Of a DNA stretch of 64,000 bases, positions 39,453 through 51,242 are shown in pieces. Origin of the DNA: Octopus sinensis (Eukaryota). The stretch is from positions 19,654,001 through 19,718,000 of the forward strand of contig NC_042999.1 of the NCBI RefSeq assembly GCF_006345805.1. Reading direction: 5' to 3'. The notes under the pieces were generated by a model. It was not told the DNA's origin, did no database searches, and was given only the letters and a program-made list of their open reading frames with translations. Every line of letters starts with the position of its first letter. The first letter of the stretch is position 1. The position numbers and the translations under genes were made by a program.

Positions 39453-39673
39453 CAATTTAATAATTAAATTTAGAAAAATTTGTTTTTTTAAAAGAATATT
39501 TGTATAGTATTCAAATACAAGGGGCATTTTCCCTTTTTTTTCTGCCTGTCTCTGCCTGCCTTCTGACAGAGACAGGCAGAAACAAGGAAAATGTCACTTG
39601 TATTTGAACACTATAAAAATATTCTTTTAAAAAAACTTTTCTTTTAATTTTTCTAAATTTAATTATTTAATTG

Positions 39674-39714
39674 TTTCAGTTGAAAAGTCTCAATGACTGA
39701 AACCGGTACTGAAA
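39674..39714 (+). ncRNA. Minimal hammerhead-like motif (mirror copy, one A shorter)
   Basis: UUUCAG-UUGAAAA-GUC(UCAAU)GACU-GAAACCGGUA-CUGAAA with a 6-bp stem I. Confidence 0.35.
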
Positions 39715-39890
39715 TGTTTTTTATAAAATTATTTTAACATTTTCTATCTTGACTTTTTTTCCATATATATCAACTCGTGTGTTCCTTTTCATTCTTATAC
39801 ATATATAAGCACAAAAAAACACAACAACGCGAGGACGTGGAACAAATATAGTATTATTGGACGCTCAAGAAAGAAGGAAAGAAGGTGGGT

Positions 39891-39924
39891 TTAACGTTTC
39901 GAGCGGAGCTCTTCGTCAGAAACA
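39891..39924 (-). ncRNA. Minimal hammerhead-like motif
   Basis: GUUU-CUGACGA-A-GAGC(UCC)GCUC-GAAA-CG-UU-AAAC. Confidence 0.45.
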
Positions 39925-39999
39925 TAGGAGAAGGAAAGATCCAGAGAAGGGAAGACAGACGAAAAAAATCGCCAACGGTACACACGAGGTCACATTTTG

Positions 40000-40068
<69 letters not shown>

Positions 40069-40710
40069 TGTATGTATGTATGTATGTATGTATGTATACA
40101 GAAAACATATGTTAGATAATAATGGTGATGATATATACATTTCTAAGCCATACCTTAAGCTGATGGGTCATTGTGCTTGAGATATATAAAGGTTTCTCTT
40201 TTTGCATTGTAAGAAACTCCCCATGTTCATTGTTATTTTATATATAAGTAAGCAAAGAAGCACCTACATACACAAAAAATAAAACCTACATTAATGTAGC
40301 ATTTTTATGTTTTTATGATCATTGTTCAAACATAACTTTAGCCATTTCATCCTGGCATCAGTTGGACAAGAATTTTGAGAGTGTTTTACGACTGAATGCG
40401 TTAACTGACGCCAATCCTTTTAGTTGCCTTTTGTGACAGAGAGGGACACATTGTTCCAATTCTAAACACCCTGATACACATGATTATTTAAGTGCTTGTA
40501 AGCTTATATCACTGCAGTTATATATATATATATATATGCATTTATGTGTACATTTTAGTCACAACTAAGGGAATTTCACTTTAGTTATGTACCAACCAGG
40601 GTGCATTTCATATGCACTGCTACCATCTGTAGCAAAAATAGTGTTCACCTTTCGATCAATTTTGATAGGGAATAAAAACTATGAATCTAATGGATTCTTG
40701 AATTTGAAAT

Positions 40711-40975
40711 TATCAGAGGGTGTTGTTTAAGATTAGACCCTCATAAGCACGTTCTTTGCTAGCTTCCTCTTAAAGAAGCTTGGAAGTAAAGAGGTTCACC
40801 ATTATCAGTGTAATTAGCTTTAAAGCTTGTCTTTGAATGCCATATCACAGAGTGTTGTTTAAGATTAGACACTCCTAAACACTTTCTTTGCTAGCTTTCT
40901 CTTCAAGAAGATTAGAAGTAAAGAATTACATCATTATCAGTGTAATTAGTATTAAAGCTGGTCTTGCAATACCAA
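40711..40975 (+). repeat. Two diverged ~132-bp tandem units
   Basis: GTGTTGTTTAAGATTAGAC at 40720 and 40852. Confidence 0.75.
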
Positions 40976-41216
40976 ATTTGGATAATATGCTAGAAATAAT
41001 AAAATAAATACAAGCAGGAACACTAATTACATGATCCTTGAGTTTAGGGCATTATTTTCCCTTTTGTAATTTTACATTTAGTATAATTTTTGATTAGTGG
41101 CTGGTGAGGAATTCCTTTCTTTCTGGGGTGATTCCTGTTTAAAACTTCTTTGTCAGAGACTTGAAATATTTTGTGCTGATGGTCATTTTTTTTTATTGTT
41201 ACATACATGGTTATGC

Positions 41217-41265
<49 letters not shown>

Positions 41266-41369
41266 AACATACATATATATACATATATATATATATGTAA
41301 ATATATATATATATATATACACACATATATATATATACATACATATATATATATATATTATATATATAT

Positions 41370-41411
<42 letters not shown>

Positions 41412-41427
41412 TATATATATATATATG

Positions 41428-41476
<49 letters not shown>

Positions 41477-41562
41477 ATATATATATAATATATATACACA
41501 CATACATATATATATATATGTGTGTGTGTATATATGTATATATATATGTATGTATATATACC

Positions 41563-41818
41563 CAGAGGTTATGAAGTAATGTGGGCGGCAACAGCAGTCA
41601 TTTTCGATGTAGAGGAAAGATTAACCATATTGAGCATGAGGAAGAAAGAGGCGACGAATTGGAAAGGCAAACAACTTGAGATGATAATTCAAGCGGACAA
41701 TTCTATGCTGGGGGAGGGGCATACTATACGTGTATCGGTGGAGGGACGTAGGCCCAGATGTTTCAAGTGCGGACAGAAGGGCCACGTTCGCTCCGAATGC
41801 ACGAAGGAAAAAACGGTT
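41563..41818 (+). pseudogene. Retroelement ORF1/gag-like fragment with CCHC zinc knuckle
   Basis: IRVSVEGRRPRCFKCGQKGHVRSEC; CX2CX4HX4C at 41759-41800. Confidence 0.7.
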
Positions 41819-42429
41819 TTCTTCACAACTTCAATCACTGTTCTTTCATCTTTACATAATGGCAATCAACGAACAACCGGTCTTTACAAACTGGTTACGA
41901 CATCGGCATCTCATAATATTATATACAAAATAAAACTCAACCGTGACAGACACACACACACATACATATATTGGCCAACTGCAAGCGCTTTTGCGTCTGA
42001 CCACGGTCACTGCCACATCGATATTCTTCACTCTGCCGTAAGACTTCATTTCAACACACGCCAGCTGAATTCAATTCGTCCCCAGTCGAAAGATGCCTGT
42101 TGTTATGACCTGCTATTATTTTATATTATTGTTATTTTTATTGTATGCCTATTTTTCCGTCCTTGTTTTCGTATACATTCGATGCTTTTTTTCCCAAGGA
42201 ATCTAACACTCTTAGATTAGTTTTTCCTTGGAGCTGGTTAGATTGGAGCAATCTCAAGATTAATCAATCGAATTTGCGAGAATGATCTGGTACTTGACTG
42301 GAGATAAAACACTTCGAATGAACCGTCCTGTTTTTTTTTTTTTGGTACCGTCTATCTGGATGATTTGTTGTCCCTTTTTGTATCATTTAGTTGTCCGGAT
42401 GTTTTGCGTTCTTGTCCCAATTTGTATTT

Positions 42430-42476
<47 letters not shown>

Positions 42477-42542
42477 GGTCCCGGGTTGATTCGGGGTTAA
42501 CCACAGTAAATAAGGTACTCAATACATAGCAGAGTAAAATTA

Positions 42543-42670
42543 ATTTATTATATAGAAGGAGCTTCTACAGGACTAGAACTGTTTCATTCAAGAGAAATCT
42601 TAGGCTTCCTGAAGATTTCTCTTGAATGAAACAGTTCTAGTCCTGTAGAAGCTCCTTCTATATAATAAAT
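42543..42670. repeat. Perfect 59-bp inverted repeat with 10-nt loop
   Basis: 42543-42601 is the exact reverse complement of 42612-42670. Confidence 0.95.
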
Positions 42671-42684
42671 ATATATATATATAT

Positions 42685-42720
<36 letters not shown>

Positions 42721-42734
42721 GCATATGACAGAAA

Positions 42735-43000
42735 TTGTTGTATACAGTGCTCAGGTGCACTACAACTAAAAAAAAGCCATCAGGTGTACTGTTGGCGGAT
42801 TTCAGGAAGTTTTGAAGAATTTAGTGTCTCGACAGCTAACGACAGAAGCTTGAACAATTCTGAGCGTGAAAAAATGTTTCCGAAAGTCATGGGTGATGCG
42901 TTGCTTTTTGATTTTGTCAGCATGTCCACGAGTGTTTAACATAAGGAGTTTAAAAAGGTGCTCAATGTTGTTGGAAAATGGTAGGTGTTCCTGTTTTTAT
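42735..43000 (-). mobile_element. CR1/L2-type LINE 3' fragment
   Basis: Manual translation NNIEHLFKLLMLNTRGHADKIKKQRITHDFRKHFFTLRIV shows the CR1-group C-terminal TRGH...RK.FF motif. Confidence 0.65.
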
Positions 43001-44085
43001 AACTATCCAGAAGGATAAACATATCGTTGAGAACAATAGATTTAGTTGGTAGTCTTGTTATTTTAATACTAGCTTTTGGAAAATAGATGTTAGAAAGGTC
43101 AAGTGGGGAAGACATTATTTCGGCTTCGCTAAAGCAATCTGCCAAATGTAAAACTGCTGTCAAAGAAAAACTCTTGTTTTACCATTGAACCCTATCAATA
43201 GCCATACCCTTGAAATTTATGACCATAAGCCCTACTATTTGCTTGTTTAGCCAGAGTGAAGAAGGAAGCCCCTATTCAGTCATTTCACTTACTAGAAATA
43301 GCAGCTAACTCCACACTAACTCTGCCAAACGAAACTCCAAAGTCGTAAAAAAAACGAAAGATAAGTGTAGGTCAGACAATGTTCTCGATATATATATAAA
43401 GATGGGATAGTCTTTCCTGGCACACCTCCTACCTGACAGCTGAAATGTTAATAAGAACCCTTCAATACAACACCGGAAGTGAATGAGATCGAAACTACTA
43501 TCTCTTGGTTTGAAGTAAACTCCTTAATTTAGCAACGAACCGACCAGTATGTGATCGTCCGATTTGCTAGAAGTAGCAACCAAACCGAAGCATTCGAAGT
43601 TGACGAAGAAAATGTCAGTTGCTTATATATATATATTTCTTATTGATCCATATACATGGTTTGAATATAATGCACCGGTCGAGTATGGGTCGCTCTGGTC
43701 AGAGGTCAGTCGGATTCATGCACCGTGACCTGCAACCCACCAGCCAGTCACTAGCCAACACTGCTGATAAGTTATTAGCCGCGCCCTCTATCTTGGTGAC
43801 GTCACTTGTCTGAGACGTTTACTTTACGCAGTGGTAAGAACGTATGTTACTATTCAACATACAATATCGATATATACTTACAAATATAAGCATGGGGCGT
43901 TTGTCCACTTTCACACGTTAAGTAGGGGCTTTTGTCTGTACCCCTGTTCAGCACCCCCAGCTATCAAGATAGCACCCTCAGTTGCAATCGGCTGGCTACT
44001 TGGCTGCCTGCTACCCAGCAGCCAGTAAACACTGCTGCTAGTGTTGCTGCTGATAAGTAAGTGATTCGCCATACTCCCTATCTTA

Positions 44086-44340
44086 GTGACGTCACTTGTC
44101 TTAGACGTTTACTTTACACAATGGTAAGAACGTTTGTCACTATTCAACATACAATATCTAAATATATTTACAAATAATTGATTTAAAGATATTAAAAATA
44201 TTTTAAACTAGGAAATGTAAGGATTGAATGTGTTTACATAATAGCAGGTAATTAAGTGTGATTGGAATAAATAATTTACACATCAGTGGGTGCATCATAA
44301 CTTGTGTAAAGATAGTCTGTGGAAAAAAAGCGGAAGATTT
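44086..44340 (+). promoter_or_regulatory. U2 upstream block, copy 1 (CRE palindrome plus PSE-region candidate)
   Basis: GTGACGTCAC at -255; block conserved before all six genes. Confidence 0.6.
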
Positions 44341-44529
44341 ATCGCTTCTCGGCCTTTTGGCTAAGATCAAAGTGTAGTATCTGTTCTTATCAGCTTAATA
44401 TCTGATACGGTCCCTATTTGGGGCCATCGATATTAAACTGATTTTTAGAACGAGGCGAAGTGTTAGGGGCTTGCTCCGCCTTTGCCACGGGTTGTCCTGG
44501 TATTGCAGTGCTTCCGGGATTCAGCCCAC
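44341..44529 (+). ncRNA. U2: U2 spliceosomal snRNA, copy 1
   Basis: ATCGCTTCTCGGCCTTTTGGCTAAGATCAAAGTGTAGTATCTGTTC 5' end, branch-recognition GTAGTA, Sm site ATTTTTAG, loop IV TATTGCAG; 189 nt. Confidence 0.97.
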
Positions 44530-45124
44530 TCCCACCTGGGAGATACAAATTAAAAATAAAATCAGATATATCGTTACAACCACTTTTTTTTTCGTCATCT
44601 CAGCGGGTTTTCCATTAGTTATCGTTGCTAAAACCTTCCACGCCGTCAGCAAGCGGTTCCCTTCCGATCCCGACTAAACCCCACGGTTTTTGTTCTCTTT
44701 GTTTCCTCATTTCAAATTCCGTCATCGCTTTCACCCCAACTCCTTCCAGGTTCAGTGCCTTTTGATGAGATCCTTTTCCTTCTAAGCAGTCGATTCAAGT
44801 CTCCACTACTCTAAGTATACTTTCCTTTCTATATCCTTCACATCAGGGCGGACTTCTATACTCTTTCCTGTTTCAGACTTTCGACTGCGGCCATGTTGGG
44901 GCACAGCCACGAACATTTAGACGTTTAAATCGACACCAGCACTTATTTCTTTAAGCCTAGTACGTAAATTATCGTGTATAGCTGAAGATACTTGACCAAG
45001 GTGCCACGCAAAGAACTGATCTCGGACCCATGTTGTTGTGAAGCAAGCTCCTTACGAAACGGTCATTTCTACATATTTTTTTAAATTGCAAAGCAGCTGT
45101 TCCACAAAATACATCTTATGTAAC

Positions 45125-45425
45125 ACATCTGCTTCTAAAGTTGGTGCGACTATGAAATATATCAAGTATCTAACCAGAGGCGGTAAAGTCACCACAATAA
45201 AAGCAATATTCGTGTCAACGGAGCATGCAAGGGAGAACTCGACTCGAACCTTCCAAAGTGGAAATATTTTATTTTTACCTTTATATCTGGGACGTAGGAC
45301 GTCCCGGACAAAAGTTTAAAATGTCCCCCCAGAAGTAGAGGTAGGCTGGATTGTACCACACTTCTATACAAGAGGGAGGACAAGATACAATTGATCGAAA
45401 TTGCAAGAGACGGGCCTACAATTCA
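45125..45425 (+). pseudogene. Degenerate LINE ORF1-like fragment in U2 spacer
   Basis: YLTRGGK...LFLPLYLGRRTSRTK; paralogous to 49163-49612 and 62514-62975. Confidence 0.45.
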
Positions 45426-45623
45426 AGATTGTTATACATTTTGAGTATTGTTATCACTAGTGATATGAAGATAAAACTTTGTATTTTGTATTTTATGTGT
45501 AGATGTATATATATAGATGTACATGTAATATGTACACATATATATACACATATATACATGATCTAGCACTATGACCCGGCAACAACGGGTTATAATGCTA
45601 GTTGGTCTATATATGTGATTTGA

Positions 45624-45941
45624 GGGCGCAATAGCCTAGTAGTTAGGGCAGCGGACTCGCGGTTGTAGGATCGCAGGTTCGATTCCCAGACCTGGCGTTG
45701 TGAGTGTTTATTGAACGAAAACACCAAAAGCTCCACGTTCTCCGACAGGGGGTGGTGGCGATCCCTGCTGTACCCTTACAACACTATTTTCTCACTCTCT
45801 CTCTGTCTCTCTTTTGTTGGCCTGCTCGCTTAGCCTGCGGGGTGGCGTCATTTGAAGGCCAAAAGAATGCAAAGCGCATTGTGACCAGCGATGAATAGCA
45901 ACATCTGATAGCTTGGTCGGTCACGGTGATCACAGTGATAT
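45624..45941 (+). mobile_element. tRNA-derived SINE family D upstream of U2 copy 2
   Basis: A box TAGCCTAGTAG, B box GGTTCGATTCCC, non-tRNA body; three copies in the cluster. Confidence 0.7.
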
Positions 45942-46078
45942 ATGATTTGAAAATCCACTAATCGAGGATTGAACGCTCTGGTCAGAGGTCAGTCAGATTC
46001 ATTCACCGTGACCTGCTACCCACCAGCCAGTCACTAGCCAACACTGCTGATAAGTGATTAGCTGCGCCCCCTATCATG

Positions 46079-46333
46079 GTGACGTCACTTGTCTTAGGCC
46101 TTTACTTTATGTAATGATAAGAACATATATTACCATTCAACCTACAATATCTATATATACTTACAAATAATTGATTTAAAGATATTAGAAATATTTTAAA
46201 CTAGGAAATGTAAGGATTGAATGTGTTTACAATATAGCAGGTAATTAAATGTGATTGGAATAAACAATTTACACATCAGTGGGTGTAATATTAACTTGTG
46301 TAAAGATAGTCTGTGGTAAAACGGGCAAAATTT
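46079..46333 (+). promoter_or_regulatory. U2 upstream block, copy 2
   Basis: GTGACGTCAC at -255. Confidence 0.6.
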
Positions 46334-46522
46334 ATCGCTTCTCGGCCTTTTGGCTAAGATGAAAGTGTAGTATCTGTTCTTATCAGCTTAATATCTGATA
46401 CGGTCCCTATATGGGGCCATCGATATTAAACTGATTTTTAGAACGAGGCGAAGTGTTAGGGGCTTGCTCCGCCTTTGCCACGGGTTGTCCTGGTATCGCA
46501 GTGCTTCCAGGATTCAGCCCAC
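46334..46522 (+). ncRNA. U2: U2 snRNA, copy 2 (C28G variant)
   Basis: Full-length match; GATG instead of GATC at 46358-46361. Confidence 0.93.
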
Positions 46523-47062
46523 TCCCACCCGGGAGACACAAATTAAATCTAAAATCAGATATGTTGCTACAGTCTCCCTTTTTTTTTTACATCATCTCAG
46601 CGGGTTTTCCGTTAGTTGTCCTTGCTGAAGACCTTCCTCGCCGTCAGCAAGCGGTTCACGTTCGATCCCAACTCAACACCACGGCTTTTGTCCTCTTTGC
46701 TTCCTTATTTCAAATCCCGTATTCGCTTACACACCAACCCCTACCAGGTTCAGTGCCTTCAGAGAACTCCCTTTTTTTCTTTCAAGAGGTCGATTCAGGT
46801 CTCCCCTTTAAGTATATACTTTTCTCTCTCTCTCCTTCACACCAGTCTCAGGTGCCAAACAAAGTCACCCGGAAACTGCATTTCCACTTCACTACAACAA
46901 AGTATGACAACAGCAAAAACAATGTAGATGCACAGAAGAAGTGATATTCCCTATCTATCAACCTACTAGAAATAACAGCTAACAGACAGGATCAATTGGT
47001 AGGAATTCCAGTATCTTCCACCAATAGTACTTACTAGTATAGTCTTTGAAAGAAAACAGCAG

Positions 47063-47783
47063 GGATCTTTTCCTTTTGAACGGCAGTTTTCAAAATAATT
47101 TCCAGTTAACTAAACACTTTTAAATTCGGTAGAATGTGTCAAAATAAAACATTTTTTTCTTTTGGCTTTCTTGAGAAATTGTAATTTGTAAGTTTAACGT
47201 CGTTTAATTTTTCGAATTTTAACCAATCGATGGCCTCTATTTAGCTAAAATCATTTGCTGCGTCTAAAACTGAGACAACATCCTGTCACTGTTATGTTTA
47301 CGTTCGAAAAGCGTGTGTATAAAATTATAGAATTATTTTGTTTGTTTATCGTCTAAATTGTTTTCCATTGCTTTCGTTTAAGCCTTTTTTTTCTTCTTAA
47401 ACAATGGAAAATAGTTTAAACAATACACGTGTATGAATAATTTTAGACACATGCGTAACAATTAAATTAATTTAACAATTAAAAAGAAAAAAAACGAACG
47501 GCTAAATTTTAGGGTTTGAGTTAGTGTAGGGTTAGGGTTAGGTCAGTGACAGGATGTTGTCTCAGTTTTAGACGCAGCAAAGGATTTTAGCTCAATAGAG
47601 GCCATCGATTTGTTAAAATTCGAAAAATTAAATTACATTAAACTTATAAATTACAATTTTCTCAAGAGGGCCAAAATAAAAAAAAATGTTTTCTTTTGAC
47701 ATATTCTACCAGTATACGAAGTTTAAAAGTCTTTAGTTAACTAGAAATGATGTTGAAAACTGCCATTCAAAAGGAAAAGATCC
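47063..47783. mobile_element. Long-TIR (~230 bp) non-autonomous DNA transposon, Merlin-like, with 8-bp TSD
   Basis: Termini GGATCTTTTCC/GGAAAAGATCC; TSD AACAGCAG at 47055-47062 and 47784-47791. Confidence 0.8.
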
Positions 47784-48410
47784 AACAGCAGATGCGATTG
47801 TAACGGGTGGGAGGTCTTGAAATCACTATAATCGCCAGTATGTATTTCCGTCTCCAACGCCAGACTAATACCCATACAGCCCCTAATCACTTCAAAAAGA
47901 TTTTGGTATCGCCAGATTTATATAACTGTAAACATTAATATATGATAAATCCAATTTTTACTTTTCAAGATCAAATAAAACTAACAGAAAGATGGAAAAT
48001 AATCCCTTCCACTGAAAGCAAAAGGCCTTGAAATTTTGGGGGATGGGACTACTCGATTACAAAGACCTCAGCTTCCACTGTACTAAATATATTGCTAGAA
48101 ATAGCAGCTAACTGACCACCAACAAATCGACCAAATGATTGCAACATTATTTGCTCAATGAGAACTGAAATGTTAGCTTCACCACAGTCCAGTTTCACTC
48201 CCAACGTTCACCTGACGCTATTGTAACTAATATTTTACGTTTAGTATGGTGAACAGTGGTACAAAACCGAGTACCTGTTGGTTTGAAGCAAACTTGTTAC
48301 TTTAACAACGAACCAATCGCGACCTGGTCGCCCGACTTACAACGTGTAGCAATCTAAACAGAGCATTCGACATTAACGAAGTTGTGAGTCCCTTAAATAT
48401 TTGTCATTGG

Positions 48411-48905
48411 ACTATATATATAAAACTGAGAATGAGTGTCTGTCTATATGTCTGACTGTGTTTCCCTAAAACATGAGAACTACACAACCAATTTCATTCA
48501 AATTTTACACATGCCTTACTTATGGTACATGTCGTTTCTTGGGCAAAAAAATGTTCAACTTCTTGCCAATAGCAATATCATATCTTCTCCACTATTTCAG
48601 TATTATGTGTAAAAAGTGAAACAAAAACATTTCTCTGTTTTATGTTAGAAACTTTCACAATAAAATTAGAGATAATAATAACAATTGAATTATATGTAGT
48701 AAGTAATAATTAAAATCAAACTGAAGTTCAATATAATCGTAACATAACAAAAGTAAAAATAGCAATTGGTATAAAATTGCATCAATGACTTGATCTTGAA
48801 TAAGTGGTTTCACATGAATGGGAATAAATTAAACTAAATCAACCTCGTACTGCTTTTTGATTCACCGTAAGGTTTGTTGTTATTATTATTACTGTTTAAC
48901 TATTG
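48411..48905 (+). mobile_element. Possible Helitron/Helentron-type non-autonomous element (second copy at ~60978-61485)
   Basis: CTATATATATAAAACTGAGAA start followed by GTCT-type repeats; duplicated in the cluster. Classification is tentative. Confidence 0.35.
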
Positions 48906-49162
48906 TTATCACGTTTGTTGGTTTCGTAAGGGAAACGTTGTTGTGTTGCATTTGTTAAATAATTGTAAACTGTTACCGTCCCCCTCTGGGAGAAAGAGCT
49001 TTGGTTATTGTTTAAAAATTAAATTGTGTCCCTGTTTGGTGAAATTGACAATATTTTCACCGTTTATACGGAAGCATTTTTGTTAGAATGCCTTCGATAG
49101 AAGAAAGTCCAAAAATGAATTTCGCTGCAGCCGTCGACGGGCGCGTACTCATTAAAATTAAA

Positions 49163-49612
49163 ATGGAAGAAATACAAACCTATTTCGAATTGATCACCGA
49201 CAAAGACGGTGAAACTAGGATAACACCACCAAAGGACATAAAAAATTAAATTAAAGAAAAGACTATTATCTATAAAGTATACAATGTAGAGCTAAACAGA
49301 TTTGAACAGCTAGAGGAAAGCACCATCGAAAAGTGTCTTGGTGCGACTATGAAATATATTGAAGTATCTAACCAGAGGCGGTAAATTCGCCAGAATAGAA
49401 GCAAGGTTCGAGTCAAGGAAGAACTCGATCGAACTTGCAAAGTGGAAATATTTTATTTTTACCTTTATATCTGGGACATAGGACGTCCCGGACAAAAATT
49501 TAAAATGTTGCCCAAGAAGTAGAGGTAGACTGGATTGTATTCACACTTCTATACAAGAGAGAGGACAAGATACAAATGATCGAAATTGCAAGAGACGGGC
49601 CTACAATTCCAG
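49163..49612 (+). pseudogene. Degenerate LINE ORF1-like fragment
   Basis: MEEIQTYFELITDKDGETRITPP...YKVYNVE...; contains stops and frameshifts. Confidence 0.45.
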
Positions 49613-49808
49613 TCTGTTATATATTTTGAGTATTGTTATATCTAGCGATATCAAGATATAACTTTGTATTTTGTATTTTATGTGTAGATGTATATATATG
49701 GATGTACATGTAAAATGTACACACATATATATACATATATACATGAACTAGCACTATGAATCGCCAACGACGGGTCATAATCCTAGTTGGTCTATATATG
49801 TGATGTGA

Positions 49809-50122
49809 GGGCGCAATGGCCCAGTGGTTAGGGCAGCGGATTCGCGGTTGTAGGATCTCATGTTCAAATCCCAGACCTGGCGTTGTGAGTGTTAATTGAG
49901 CGAAAATACCAAAAGCTCCACGACGCTCCGGCAGGGGGTGGTGGAGATCCCTGCTGTACTCTTTCGCCACAAATTTCTCTGTCTCTCTCTCTCTATTGTT
50001 GGCCTGCTCGCTTAACCTGCGGGGTGGCATCATTTGAAGGCCAAAAGAATGCAAAGCGCATTGTGACCAGCGATGAAGAGCAACATCTAATAGCCTGGTC
50101 GGTCACGGTGATCACAGTGATA
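49809..50122 (+). mobile_element. SINE family D upstream of U2 copy 3
   Basis: Paralog of 45624-45941. Confidence 0.7.
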
Positions 50123-50265
50123 TATGATATGAAAATAAGATGCACTAATCGAGGGTGGGACGCTCTGGTCAGAGAACAGTCAGTTTCATTAACCGTGACC
50201 TGCTACCCACCAGCCAGTCACTAGCCAACACTGCTGATAAGTGATTAGCCGCGCCCCCTATCATG

Positions 50266-50520
50266 GTGACGTCACTTGTCTTAGACGTTTACTTTACGCA
50301 ATGGTAAGAACATATATTACCATTCAACATACAATATCTATATAAACTTACAAATAATTAATTTAAAGATATTAGAAATATTTTAAACTAGAAAATTTAA
50401 GAATTCAATGTGTTTACAATATAGCAGGTAATTAAATGTGATTGGAATAAATAATTTACACATCAGTGGGTGTAATATTAACTTGTGTAAAGATAGTCTG
50501 TGGTAAAACAGCTAAAATTT
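50266..50520 (+). promoter_or_regulatory. U2 upstream block, copy 3
   Basis: GTGACGTCAC at -255; TTACAC-atcagtgg-GTGTAA at about -65 to -45. Confidence 0.6.
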
Positions 50521-50709
50521 ATCGCTTCTCGGCCTTTTGGCTAAGATCAAAGTGTAGTATCTGTTCTTATCAGCTTAATATCTGATACGGTCCCTATTTG
50601 GGGCCATCGATATTAAACTGATTTTTAGAACGAGGCGAAGTGTTAGGGGCTTGCTCCGCCTTTGCCACGGGTTGTCCTGGTATTGCAGTGCTTCCAGGAT
50701 TCAGCCCAC
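50521..50709 (+). ncRNA. U2: U2 snRNA, copy 3
   Basis: Full length, identical to copy 5. Confidence 0.97.
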
Positions 50710-51242
50710 TCCCTCCCGGGAGATACAAATTAAGAATAAAATCAGATATATTGTTACAGTCCTCTTTTTGTTTTCATCATCTCAGCGGGTTTTCCGTTAG
50801 TTGTCGATGCTAAAGACCTTCCTCGCCATCAGCAAGCGGTTCACGTTCGATCCCGACTCAGCCCCACGGTTTTTGTCTTCTTTGCTTCCTTATTTCAAAT
50901 CCCGTCATCGCTTTCACGCCACCCCCTACCAGGTTCAGTGCCTTTTGAGGAGACCCTTTTTTCTTCTGCGAAGTCGATTCGAGTCTCCCCTTTAAGTATA
51001 TTTTCCTTCTCTCTCCTTCACACTAGTCTCAGGTGCCAAGCAAAATCACACGGAAACTGCATTTCCACTTCACTACAACAAATATGACAACAGCAAAAAC
51101 AATGTAGATGCACAAAAGAAGTGGGATTCAATATCTATCAACCAACTAGAAATAGCAGCTAACAGACAGGATCAATTGGTAGGAATTCCAGTATCTGCCG
51201 CCAATAGTACTTACTAGTATAGTCTATGAAAGAAAACAGCAG

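Larger units (their letters stand above)
39358..39770. repeat. ~410-bp palindrome carrying two hammerhead-like motifs
   Basis: Arms are reverse complements around a CTGCCTGTCTCTG/CAGAGACAGGCAG centre at ~39560. Confidence 0.85.

Noticed and set aside
41522-42220. 232-aa ORF as a host zinc-finger gene
   Set aside because: It starts in a microsatellite, only ~85 aa resemble a retroelement ORF1 knuckle region, and the rest is read-through.
42936-43163. 75-aa minus-strand ORF that looks protein-like
   Set aside because: It overlaps a CR1-type LINE remnant whose recognisable motifs are in another frame.
45624-45700. tRNA-like sequence upstream of U2 (also 49809, 63160)
   Set aside because: A and B boxes are present but there is no cloverleaf; it continues into a shared SINE body.
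47515-47545. TTAGGG-like runs (also ~16200, 51720, 59850)
   Set aside because: They are short internal parts of the TIR element, not telomeric arrays.
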